Made by a program: the position numbers and the translations under genes
Part shown: piece after piece, positions 1 through 10,700 of the stretch
Layout: each line of letters opens with the position of its first letter
Position numbering within the stretch: position 1 is the stretch's first letter
The notes under the pieces: model-generated
What the model was told of the DNA's origin: nothing
Database searches by the model: none
What the model saw: the letters and a program-made list of their open reading frames with translations, nothing else
Origin: a virus
Length of the DNA stretch: 64,000 bases
IMG/VR virus record: IMGVR_UViG_3300028844_005639
Reading direction: 5' to 3' (one strand)

Positions 1-33
1 AAAAAAGCTCGAGAAGAAGCTACTGGTGCTTTA

Positions 34-1710
34 ATGCGTGGAAACACTTCACAAGGTGTGGCTAAGTTACAGCAGATTCGCCGCGAATGGGACGGTTACA
101 TGAACAATCCTAGCGGTCGTGGGTACCAGGCACAAAGATTCTATCAAGCTAAAGTTGCCGGAGATAAAGAGTATAAGACCATGGGTAAAGATCATTCAGG
201 AAAAGATATTACTCGAGGATTACAGAGCGCAGTTAAAGGCTGGCAAGAAGCTGGTACTTATGGCGCTATTGTCACAGACGAAGAAGGTAAAGCTACTGGA
301 GACTTTAGGGATTTCGCAGATCAAGCTGTACTGCCTCCTAAGTACTACAATGTAGAGAAAGAAGTTCAAAATTCGTTTAGAGCTTTGGGGCACACTAAGA
401 CTCAAGGGTTTATGGATGCCATGAATAATGGGGACATCAGTCTAGTCAATGTAGAAGGCGTACCTATGTTCAAAATGACTGGAAGAACAAGTACGCAGTC
501 TAACAAAAATCAGGTAGACCAACGTACTGTATCAATTATGAATGAGTGGCTGAATGGTCCTAAAGCTGAGTCAGCTGAATTCATGCAGTATACTCCAGAA
601 AAGCTTCAAGAAATTATTCGACAGGTAGGCAACTCAGCTTTGAAATTCGAACAAACTGTGGACCCTAATCGGTACCAACAAGTTCGAGGACTTGGCGGGA
701 GCGGTGCAGGCGGTGGCGCAGATAAGACTGCAATGACCCAAGCTTTACACAGTGTAGCTGAACAACTTCCTGGTGTAAAAGAAATTAGAGCACCTGGTTC
801 CAGGGACGGTTACACAGGATCAATACCTACATACGGTATCGGTATGCCTTACGAAGCAGTAGGTTCAACAGCAATGCAAAAAACCGATTTAAAGGCTTAC
901 GAACAAGAGGTTAAAGAATTTACTGCTCTTAAAAATCTCTATGAGTTTGAAGGTTCGGATAAAGAATTCGCTGAAGCATGGAACTTTGTAAACAAAGACA
1001 AGCAAAGTTTATTCCGACTAACATTATCTATGGGTGTAGCACCTACTGAAGCTGTTCGTACGGAACTACACAACATATCAAACAGCGCTACATACTTGGT
1101 ACCTGGAGCCAGCTCCCCGCTAAACCTAGGCCAATTAAAGAAACATATGCTAGGTGTTGAACTTGATGAAGATTTAACTCCGGAGCAGGAACAAGAATTT
1201 GAAGGTATGTGGGCAGCTCGTAAAGCTGAAGGATACCGTCCTACACAAGGAGGATTTGCTCTTGGGTTAGGTAACAAAAGTGTAGTGCAGTTAAATGAAG
1301 AGATTAGTCAACATCACCCGCTATCCCAACTAATCGGGGAAGCGGTACTTCCAAAAAATCCGGATACTAAAGAACGGGTAAAAAGTATTGACTTAGGTTA
1401 TAGAGACGAGTCTGGAAACCCACAACCTATTAAAGTAACTCCTAGGATAATACCTCGAGACGGTGGGGGATACAAATTAGTTACTGATATAGACATGCCG
1501 GCTAAAATGAGAAGTGATATAATGTCATATCTTACAAGTTCTGGACAAGCTAGGGTTCCTAAAAATGAAGCTGAGTATAAAGAACTAATAACATTAGCAG
1601 AAAACCCTCAAACTATTGCACGTTGGGAAAATAGTAGGTATCTTCGTTCAAGATACACTTCAGATTTGAATAAGGAAACGTCGAGTAAGAACGACATTGA
1701 TTATTACTAA
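34..1710 (+). CDS. virion-module protein of unknown function (558 aa), possibly 5'-truncated by the window edge
   Basis: Long ORF ending 5 nt upstream of the giant ORF on the same strand. The frame has no stop between nt 1 and 34, so the gene may start upstream of the window. No motif recognised. Confidence 0.6.
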   Translation: MRGNTSQGVAKLQQIRREWDGYMNNPSGRGYQAQRFYQAKVAGDKEYKTMGKDHSGKDITRGLQSAVKGWQEAGTYGAIVTDEEGKATGDFRDFADQAVLPPKYYNVEKEVQNSFRALGHTKTQGFMDAMNNGDISLVNVEGVPMFKMTGRTSTQSNKNQVDQRTVSIMNEWLNGPKAESAEFMQYTPEKLQEIIRQVGNSALKFEQTVDPNRYQQVRGLGGSGAGGGADKTAMTQALHSVAEQLPGVKEIRAPGSRDGYTGSIPTYGIGMPYEAVGSTAMQKTDLKAYEQEVKEFTALKNLYEFEGSDKEFAEAWNFVNKDKQSLFRLTLSMGVAPTEAVRTELHNISNSATYLVPGASSPLNLGQLKKHMLGVELDEDLTPEQEQEFEGMWAARKAEGYRPTQGGFALGLGNKSVVQLNEEISQHHPLSQLIGEAVLPKNPDTKERVKSIDLGYRDESGNPQPIKVTPRIIPRDGGGYKLVTDIDMPAKMRSDIMSYLTSSGQARVPKNEAEYKELITLAENPQTIARWENSRYLRSRYTSDLNKETSSKNDIDYY

Positions 1711-1715
1711 AAGCG

Positions 1716-4700
1716 ATGGGTAAACAAAAACGGGACTATAGCGACCCTACTTACGAAGAATTTCTATCCGCGGTAAATGAGGATCCTCAAAACCTTGAGC
1801 CGCCTACTACTTTAGATGGCGTAGAAGTGGAGCCTTTTATTCCACCTCAATCAGAGGAAGAGTTTAACGCACTTGTAAAAGAAGTTAAAGCTTCTGACAA
1901 CATTGGAAATAATTTTTCAGGTAGCGCAGATTTATCTGGTGGACGATTCGGAATCGGAGATACTAACCTAGATGACGATGGTGTTAGTCTATACCAGGTC
2001 CCACACTTAGAAGACCTTCGAGCACAAAGCCAAGGAGGTATGCGCCTATTAGGTAACGCTCTAACTAACTTTGGAATTGAAGCAGCTGCTGGTGTACTAA
2101 ACTTCGCCGGTACCATTATGGACTTCGAACAAATGGGTGACCTGATCAACGGCACTGAAATGGAGTTCTCAAACTTTTTTACTGATGCTGTTAACGGGGC
2201 CAAAGATAGTCTTGTTCAGGATGATGGAGCTATGTTTAAGATCTATCAGACTAAAGCAGCTCAGCAAGGTTTTGCTCCTACCGATTCCACTTGGTGGGCA
2301 AAAGGAGCAGGCACTTTTGGTACTTCAGTAGGTCTGATGGCCCCAGCATTGGCTGTAGGGTTTCTATCTGGTGGAGCTCTCGGAGCAGTTGGTGGGGCAG
2401 TAGCCGGTGCCACAGTCTCACGGTATGTAGAGAATACCATGGAAGCTTTTGAAGTTACAGACCGTCTATACAAAGATTTTATTCGTGAAGGTATGCCTGA
2501 AGAGCAGGCTCGAGAAAAAGCTGGAGCTCAAGGACGTAAAGTATGGATAGCTAACTCTGCAATGCTTCCTATCGATATAGCCCAGTTTATTATGTCGGCC
2601 GGTACTATGAAGGCTGCTAGTAAAATGGGCTTAGGTATGGCTAAAGCTATCGGTAAAGATGCCGCAACACAAATACCTCAAGAAGCTTTTGAAGAATTTT
2701 ACCAACACGTAACTGCTGAAGAAGCGGTAAGTGAAGGTTTAGGTAAGAGTGGTTTCTACGATCAAGGATTTACTTATCGATTAGGAGATTACGTACGTGA
2801 TGAACAAGCTTGGAATGCAGCTTTCTGGGGAGGTGTAGGAGGGGGAGTCTTCTCTGCAGCTAGTCCTATGATCCAAAAGAAAATGGAAAAGACTGCATTA
2901 TACAACGGTCTGTTAAATCAGTTTCGTCAAAAGGGAGATGCAGTACAGTTTGAAAAGACTAGTGCTACCATGGCCTACTCTACCGCTTTACAAGATCTAG
3001 AGAATACCGGTAGTTTAGATAAGAGTATTAGTACGCTTGATGCTATTGCTCAAGACGATAAACTAGAGCCTGAAGCTCGAGACCGTGTAACGTCACTCCG
3101 TACAGACTTAGAAGAAATTAATAAAGAGATTCCTGCGTGGCAAGACCAAGGTTATTCGAAAGCAGAGATTGCGAATCTTTCTAAGCTATCCATGGAACGT
3201 CGTGGTATCCAGCGTGCACGTAAGCAGCTTGATTCTGAAATCAGTGATCTCGAGAGTTCAATGATTGAAAACGATGCTATGACTCCAGGGGCCCTTGAAG
3301 TAAAGTCCGCTCAGACTAAAGCTGAAGCCTTATCTGAATTACAAAGATTCCTTACTCTCAAAGAACGTAACCAAGCGGCCCAAGAGCAGCAGATGGTTAC
3401 CGACGGGAAGAGTCCTGCAGAAATTGCTGCGTTTCAAGAAACTCGCAAGCATACTAAGACCATTTTAGGTCAGCTTAAAAAAGATGTCCCAGCTGCTGCT
3501 AAAGCTGCTGAAGAGGCAAAAGCTGCTTTTATAGAGTCTGAAGAATTTAATAATGACGTCGATACTCTAGAGGGTCAGACTTTAAGTACCATAGAGAATA
3601 AGTACTTCGAAGCTATAAGTAGACGTCAACAAGAGGACTATGCTTTAGGTCGCGTCAATCGTGATTTAAAAAAAGCCGGTACTCGTAGTTCTAAAAAAGC
3701 TACTGATCAACAAGCTGAGACAGAGAAAAAGAAAACTGAAGACGCAGTTAAGCAAGCGGCTAAAGATGAAAGCTCTATCGAGGAAATCAACAAACTCTTT
3801 AAACGTAATGACCCTATTACGTACACTGATGAAGAGGGGAACGAGGTCAAAGGTACTTTTCAAGGTACTAGCCAAAGTGGCGTAGCTGTAAAAGGAGAAG
3901 ACGGGGTTACCCGTCCAATAGCCAAAGACAAGTTTAGTCAAGCTATTGAAGAAAAACAAGCTTCTTTAGAAGGTACTACTGAGGATATTAATAAAACGGC
4001 TAGAGAAAAAACAAATGAATCTCCTGGTGGATGGGGAGCAGGCACTGTTGAAGAAACTGCTGCACCTAGTTCAGAAGCTAAAGGAGGCTGGGGAGAAGGT
4101 ACCACAGAAGGTGCTACTAAACCAGAAGCAGATCCTACTACTGAACCTGAAGTAGGCGTTGACAATAAAGTCGTTGATGAAGCTCATCGAGGGCCCGGGG
4201 AAGTATCGACTACTCCAGAAAATAAATCTATTGCTAGTGAGAAAAAGCGTCCTACTACAATTGCTTGGATCTCTGCCAACAATCCAAAGTACAGTGGAGA
4301 GCAGCATGATGCCGATAATAAAGCCACTACTGAATTCTTCGAAGCAGATAATACTACTGAAGGTCTCGAGGCTCGCGTAGTAATTAGCAATGAGATACAA
4401 GATTGGGATACTCAAGACTCCCCTTTAGATGTTGACGATGTAGATATTCAGCTTAACGTTTTAGACGATCAGGGTAACGAAATTAAGATTAACGACGGCC
4501 AAGTACGAGGATGGGTACACAAAACTAATTTCGAAGGGTACAAAACTGAAGCCCAGAAGAAACAAATAAGAACTATACGTCAAAACATGATTGACGCTGT
4601 TCGTGCGGGAAATGAAGTACGAGTTAAACTAGGCCCTAAGAAAGGAGGACAAATCTGGTATTCATCAGAAGTCAATACTCTTGAAGACATCTTTAAGAAA

Positions 4701-7700
4701 TCCTATGAGGATATCAATGTTTATGTAGTAGACAATACTGGGCAGTTGATGCCTGGTAACCCGATTGTTACAGCAATGCCTGATCACACCGGTAAGATAG
4801 CTGTAGTCTTCGAAGGATATGATGGCCAGCTTATTGCAGCTACTGGTGGTACCGCTAAGTATACTCCAGCACTTGCTGACGCCGCTATGATAGTATTACG
4901 TAACGCTACTAATTATTTAGGTAAATCGACTATCACTCCAAAGTTGGCTAAGTACCTAAGAGAGCACGAGTCTACTGAAGTTTCTGATGTCGGCACAATC
5001 TTTAATCTAGATCCTACTAAAGGAGATCTTCCTACACTCAACGAGTTATTAAACTTTTTCGTTGTGGAAGGTAGCCGGACAGAAGGCAACAAGAATGCTT
5101 TAAAAGCAAAAAAAGGAGAAGGTGTCACATACGTTTCGAATGGAAAAACTCGCTTAATCGATAATAAGTCTACTCCCGAAGAGACTCAAATGTTTAAAGA
5201 GCATTTACTAAGCCTCGGCTTTCCAGTACAAGCTCAGCATGTACAGACTCCTGCAGGCCGTAAATGGTATTACCAACACGGGATTTACAACTTTAAATTA
5301 AAGCCTACAGCTAAAGGAGTTCCTATACACACACCTACAATACATTTCTCGGAAAATATTGAGGCCATAGCTCCTAAAGAAAAAGCGACTCAAACTTCGA
5401 AAGCGTCTTCTATGGACAGCCGTATGGATGAGGTTAAGGCTGTCAGCCAAACTTTCTCTTTGTCTAAAGATGAGAAGAAGTACACTCGAGTAGTTGATGG
5501 TAAAACGTTAACATACGAGCGCGTTACTCAGTTTTACAAAGGCGAATCTACTGAGAAGACTCCGAAACCTGTCATGATTTCAGGAGGTATCATCGGTGAT
5601 AAGAATGACGAAATCTGGAGAGCTTTCTTCAATGGTGAGATTAAAACTGCTGAAGACATTCGTAAATATAAGTTCCAGAAGAAAAGTATTAAAGGGCAGA
5701 AGTTTGGTAAGAATCTTACAGACGCCCAGCTTGAGACCTTCTTAAATAGGCTCAAAGCTCTCCAAACTGATTTTGAAAAACAAGGGATGAAAGTCCTAGC
5801 TACTGATGTGGTAGTGTTCGATGACGTCGAGATGGTAGCAGGTACCGTAGATTTACTTCTTTACAATGATAAAGGGGATGTATGGATCTACGACATGAAG
5901 GCCATGAAGGGTAACAAATTTACTGAGCATTACGGCAAAGATCCTAACACTAAATATAATGCTACGTTCGATGGCGGGATGTCTGATAAAGAGGCACACT
6001 CGAATCAGCTGTCTGCCTACAGAGCACTTCTACACAACGCGTACGGGATGACCGCTAGTAAGTTAGCCATTCTTCCTACAGTAGTTTCTTACAACCCTGG
6101 AGACACGGATATTAACTTCAGTGACGTATTCGGTACTGACGAGCAAGAAATTAGATTCGAAGTTCTGAATCCTTACCCGGTAGCTATTAAAGACAAAGTT
6201 GTGCACCATGCAGATTCCGATCGAGTCTTAACTATCCGCAAAGGAAAAGTTACTAAAGACGTGACCAAGAAATCTGCAGACGATATCATGGACGGCCTTC
6301 TAGGAGATGGGTATAGTTCTACATTAGACGATTCTATTTCTAAAGAACGTCAGATGGACACTCAGACGCTAGATACTATCTTACCTTACTCTACTCGTAG
6401 AGTATCTACCATGGAAGAAACCATTACTGGTCTACTTACTTTAGGGGATGCAGATGTAATGACTGACATGTATGCTATGCAGAAAGCCGCTGCTTTTGGT
6501 GGCTCTACGTTCATGCAAGAGTTCGGATCCAAAGTAAAAGTAATTGTCCGATCAGGTCGAGAGATGAGTGCACGTCCTTCAATGGCGGGTAAAGACGCTT
6601 CAAGAACTATCGGTATTTACGAACCAGAAACGAACCAAGTAGTTATGAATAAGGACCTCATTCCTTACGCGACTCCTAACATGCTAGCACGTACTTTACT
6701 TCACGAGTTTGGCCACGCTGGTACAATCCACGTAATGCATATTTACGAAACCGATCGTACTTTACTAAGCGGCTTAGCACAAGACTATGTATCTACATTT
6801 TATGAGATGTATGATAACTTACAACTTACTGATTCCGAAAAAGCAAAGACACATGCTTTAAAAAGTCCTCAAGAATTTGTGGCTGAGTTTTTTGGTAATC
6901 AAAAATTCCGTCAATGGTCTGTTGAAAGATTAGTAGCCAATAATGAAAAAGCTACTGGAAACATTTTACGACGTTTATTCACTTTCTTCAAAGAGCTATT
7001 TCGATTCGGGTTTAAAGCGGCTATTAAAGCGCAACGTCCTGTTACTGCAGACCAGTTAATGGGAGAATTTGACGAAGCTTTCTCTGCTTCGATTAATGAT
7101 ATTCGAGTAGCTGCTAGAGGACTTGGCGGTTACTATGCTCAGGAAGTACAAGAACCCGGTGAAGCGACTCCGTCAGAATTAGACGCGCAAGAAACAAACG
7201 AAGTCTTAGACTTTATGCAGCTTGTATTCTTTACCCAGCTTCAAGGAGCCAAAAGCTCTGTTGTAAACCTTTCTTTAGACTTTGGCCAAGTGCGAGAAAA
7301 ATTAGCCACTCTATCTGAAGAAGCAGAAGCTTCTATTGCGAACGTATTTAAAAGAGCAGTTCTCCCAGAGAACTATGCGATTTTAGTAGGTCGCTTAAAT
7401 GATAGACTACGTCAAGCAGGTATCGTGATCAACGAAGAGGCGGAAAGCTCCATGAAAGAAATGGGAGAGTACGACAAAGCTTCTTTCACGATCAACCGTA
7501 AACAGAATGCGAATCTTGATGTAAAACTTATGGTAGCCAGTCTTCCAGAGATGGATGCAAAAGTTGATTCAGAGGGTAACTACACTTATACAGCAGCCAA
7601 AGGAGAACTTCTCGGTCTTGGTAAGCTGGCTCCTGCAAACGCTACTTGGTATGCAATACAGCATCTGTTAAAGAACCTGACTATTACTGAAGGCAACTCT

Positions 7701-10700
7701 GACGTGTATTCAACTATGCGTGAAAAGATCCGCCAGTTTACTCCATTCTATCCGAGTTTAGCGGTGCTAGGAAACTGGTTAGACAATGCTCCAGAGTATC
7801 GTCGAACACAGTTCATGAAAGCTTTTAACCTCCAAGAGATTACATTTATCTTGTACCAATTTAACGGTTATGGTAAAGACCTATCTGTTCGTCGAATGGA
7901 TACTACTTCTGTAAGTAAGCGTAACAATTTACTTGAGATGTGGAAGAATGGCTTTACTACAGCTTTCTTCCAAACGAATGAAAAGAATGAGGTCAAACTA
8001 ACTTCGAATGCTAAGATAGCGGTAGAGAGATTCAACGAACTCGCCAAAGAGACCTCTAGATTACGTAAAGGAGGCAAGCTCCCTAAGGAACACTTGGCCG
8101 ATTGGGCAACTTTCTTAAAAGACTCTGGTATAGGTATAGATCCTCGAACGCTCGAGTATGGTGCTACACTTCGAAATGAGTCTAATCCAGCCGATGGTTT
8201 ACAGCAGCTTATTAATACCACTTTCCGGTACGTATTTGCAAAAAGTAATTACGGTAATCCGCTAGCTAAGCTGGTTAACGAAGGAGTAAGCGTTGATGAA
8301 AATGGGGACATTCCTAACCCTATCAAGCATGCTGATTCTGAATCAAGTCTTAAATCTTTAGTCGAACTCGAGATGATGTTCCGACCTCAAATGAATGAAT
8401 CTACTGTATTAGGTGCTGATGGTGATAGTTACTGGGTTTTCCAAACCTATGACTACACGAACCTATTGATCGATGAGTTAAAAGCTAATCCTAAAATGGT
8501 GGACTCTTTACTTCAGATACCTTACCATAAGCATAGTTCTATTTTAAAACTGATGCAGAAATATGGTACAGACATCATCAAGGTAGACACCTGGAACAAC
8601 GCGCGTCGTATGAACGCTGCTGATAAAGGTACCAAGTATTCTCGTCTAGAGCGGCCAGATGACCTCCTGTTAAAAATGTGGGGATACACTAAAGGTGTGC
8701 TTCCTTACATCAACCAAGCGGATAAGTCTCGCCACTATGAGATTTCTCTAGACTTCAAAAAAATTAAAGAGCGTAATGGCGGCAAAGAAGTTATTTTACT
8801 TCCAGAAACGGCTATGCGTAAAGACGGTACTTGGGCTTTAGGGCGATCGGTTCCGTTAATGGCTTCATTGTTCTTAAACGAACTTAATGCTTCTCGTCTT
8901 GCTTGGGAACAAGTATTCGGAGATAACAAACTCCCGGACAACGAGCTTATTGAAGATTATCACTTTGTCAGAGATGAATCTGGGAACATGGTTAAAACTT
9001 TACCCAACGGCCTTCCCACTGGTTCTGTATTTTATTCGGATATTTTCCCGGAACTTTCTCCTGGCACAGGGCTAGCTGTAAGCTTAGACCTATATGATAG
9101 TAATGGTCGACCTAACGTAGCCAACAGCGAAGAGTACTACGCAGGTACTACAGGTGGTGGTAGTAAATTAATCCCGTCTTTCCAAAAAGCTTTCGAACCT
9201 TTAGTTCTAGCTAAGATCCTTCGTGAGAAAAACCGACTGCTACAAATAGCCGAAGACGATGGCCTTATCGAAAAAACGGATAGTGGTTATGACAATCTTA
9301 TTATCCCGGAAGAGCTTATAACAGAGTCTGGTACTTTAGAGAATCTGTTCATGACAGTGGCTGCAAGATCTATTTACGCTAATGCAGAAATCACATCATT
9401 GTTTTACGGGGACCGACGAGTCTTCTCTAAAATGAAGAAAGATTCAGACGGAGCTTACATGCAGGGAGTATTCTCATCTAGCCTTTCAAAAAGGGTTACT
9501 GGAGCTACTGCTGTTAAAGGGCGCCTTAGAATCGATGGTAAGCGAGTACGTAAAACGTATAAGGCTGCTGTCATTGCTGACATGATAACTTTCTCGGATA
9601 AACTACTCTCTGAAGAACACTTGAGAGAAGTGGCCAAAGCTACTGGAGAAAGCTTCAGCGCTATCAAAAGAATTTTCTCGGATCAGGGAAAAACTAAAAA
9701 CGAACAAACTGGTTCCGGGTACGACAACAACAACGCTGCAGATGCGCAAGCGTGGATTACCCTAGATAGGGCAAAAGAAATTTTTGAAGGGGAAGGTCTC
9801 TGGGACGACCAGATGGAGGACGCTTACGAGTCACTTAAAGCAGGAAAGCTAAAGCAAAGTGATGTAAAGCTTTTTAGCAAAGCTGTTAATTTAGCGCCTC
9901 AAAAGGGAGCTTACTTTGCGCCGATGGTTATTAACAACCAACGTGTGTCAGTCATGGACAAGTATTCTCAAGCTATTTTGTATCCGGGATTGACTAAAGG
10001 CACTGGACTAGACGGTTTGCGTTTAGCCATGGAAAGAAAAGTAGACGGCCAAAACGCAGTCGATGAGGTCATCACTCGTTCTGGTTCTAAAGGAGCAGTA
10101 CAAAAAGTAGCTACTATATTCGATAGCGACGGTAACATGTTAGACCAAGCAACGATCGAAAAAGAACTATTCACTACTGACCGGGAAAATAAGCATTGGG
10201 GACGTCAGGTAGAAATGAGTCCTAAAGCACTTAACGATAACACCTTAGTTAATACTCAGGTACGTAAAAACGTATTCGCTAATGTCGATCGGGAGTACGT
10301 ATATGAATCTGGCCGTAAAGGCGGAGAAATCTTAGCGGAAAAAAATGCGGTAATTTCTGAACTAAGTAATAGAGGTTTAGCAGAAGTTTCTGCTTTATAT
10401 GGTACAGACCCTGATGGCCGGTTTAGTGAACCAGCTATTCGTAAAGTGATGCGCGATGAGATGGTAGCGAACAACGCTCCTCAAGACCTTATTGATTCAC
10501 TTGATGGTACTACTAACTTAAACGCACTTCCTCAGGATCGAAAAACACTTTGGTATCGAATTGCTGCAGGAGTAGTAAAAAACACAGTTAAGCTTAAGCA
10601 ACTTGGTGGAGGGTTTATCCAAATGTCCATAGCTGGTATTTCAGATACTACTGAAGCAGGTGTTGTGGATCTTTCGTACTTGAAGGATTTAAAGAAGCTT

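Noticed and set aside
4020-4115. Internal repeat GGWG(A/E)GT(V/T)E(E/G)(T/A) in the giant protein
   Set aside because: There are only two short copies in a low-complexity acidic linker. This is probably a trivial duplication rather than a functional repeat array.
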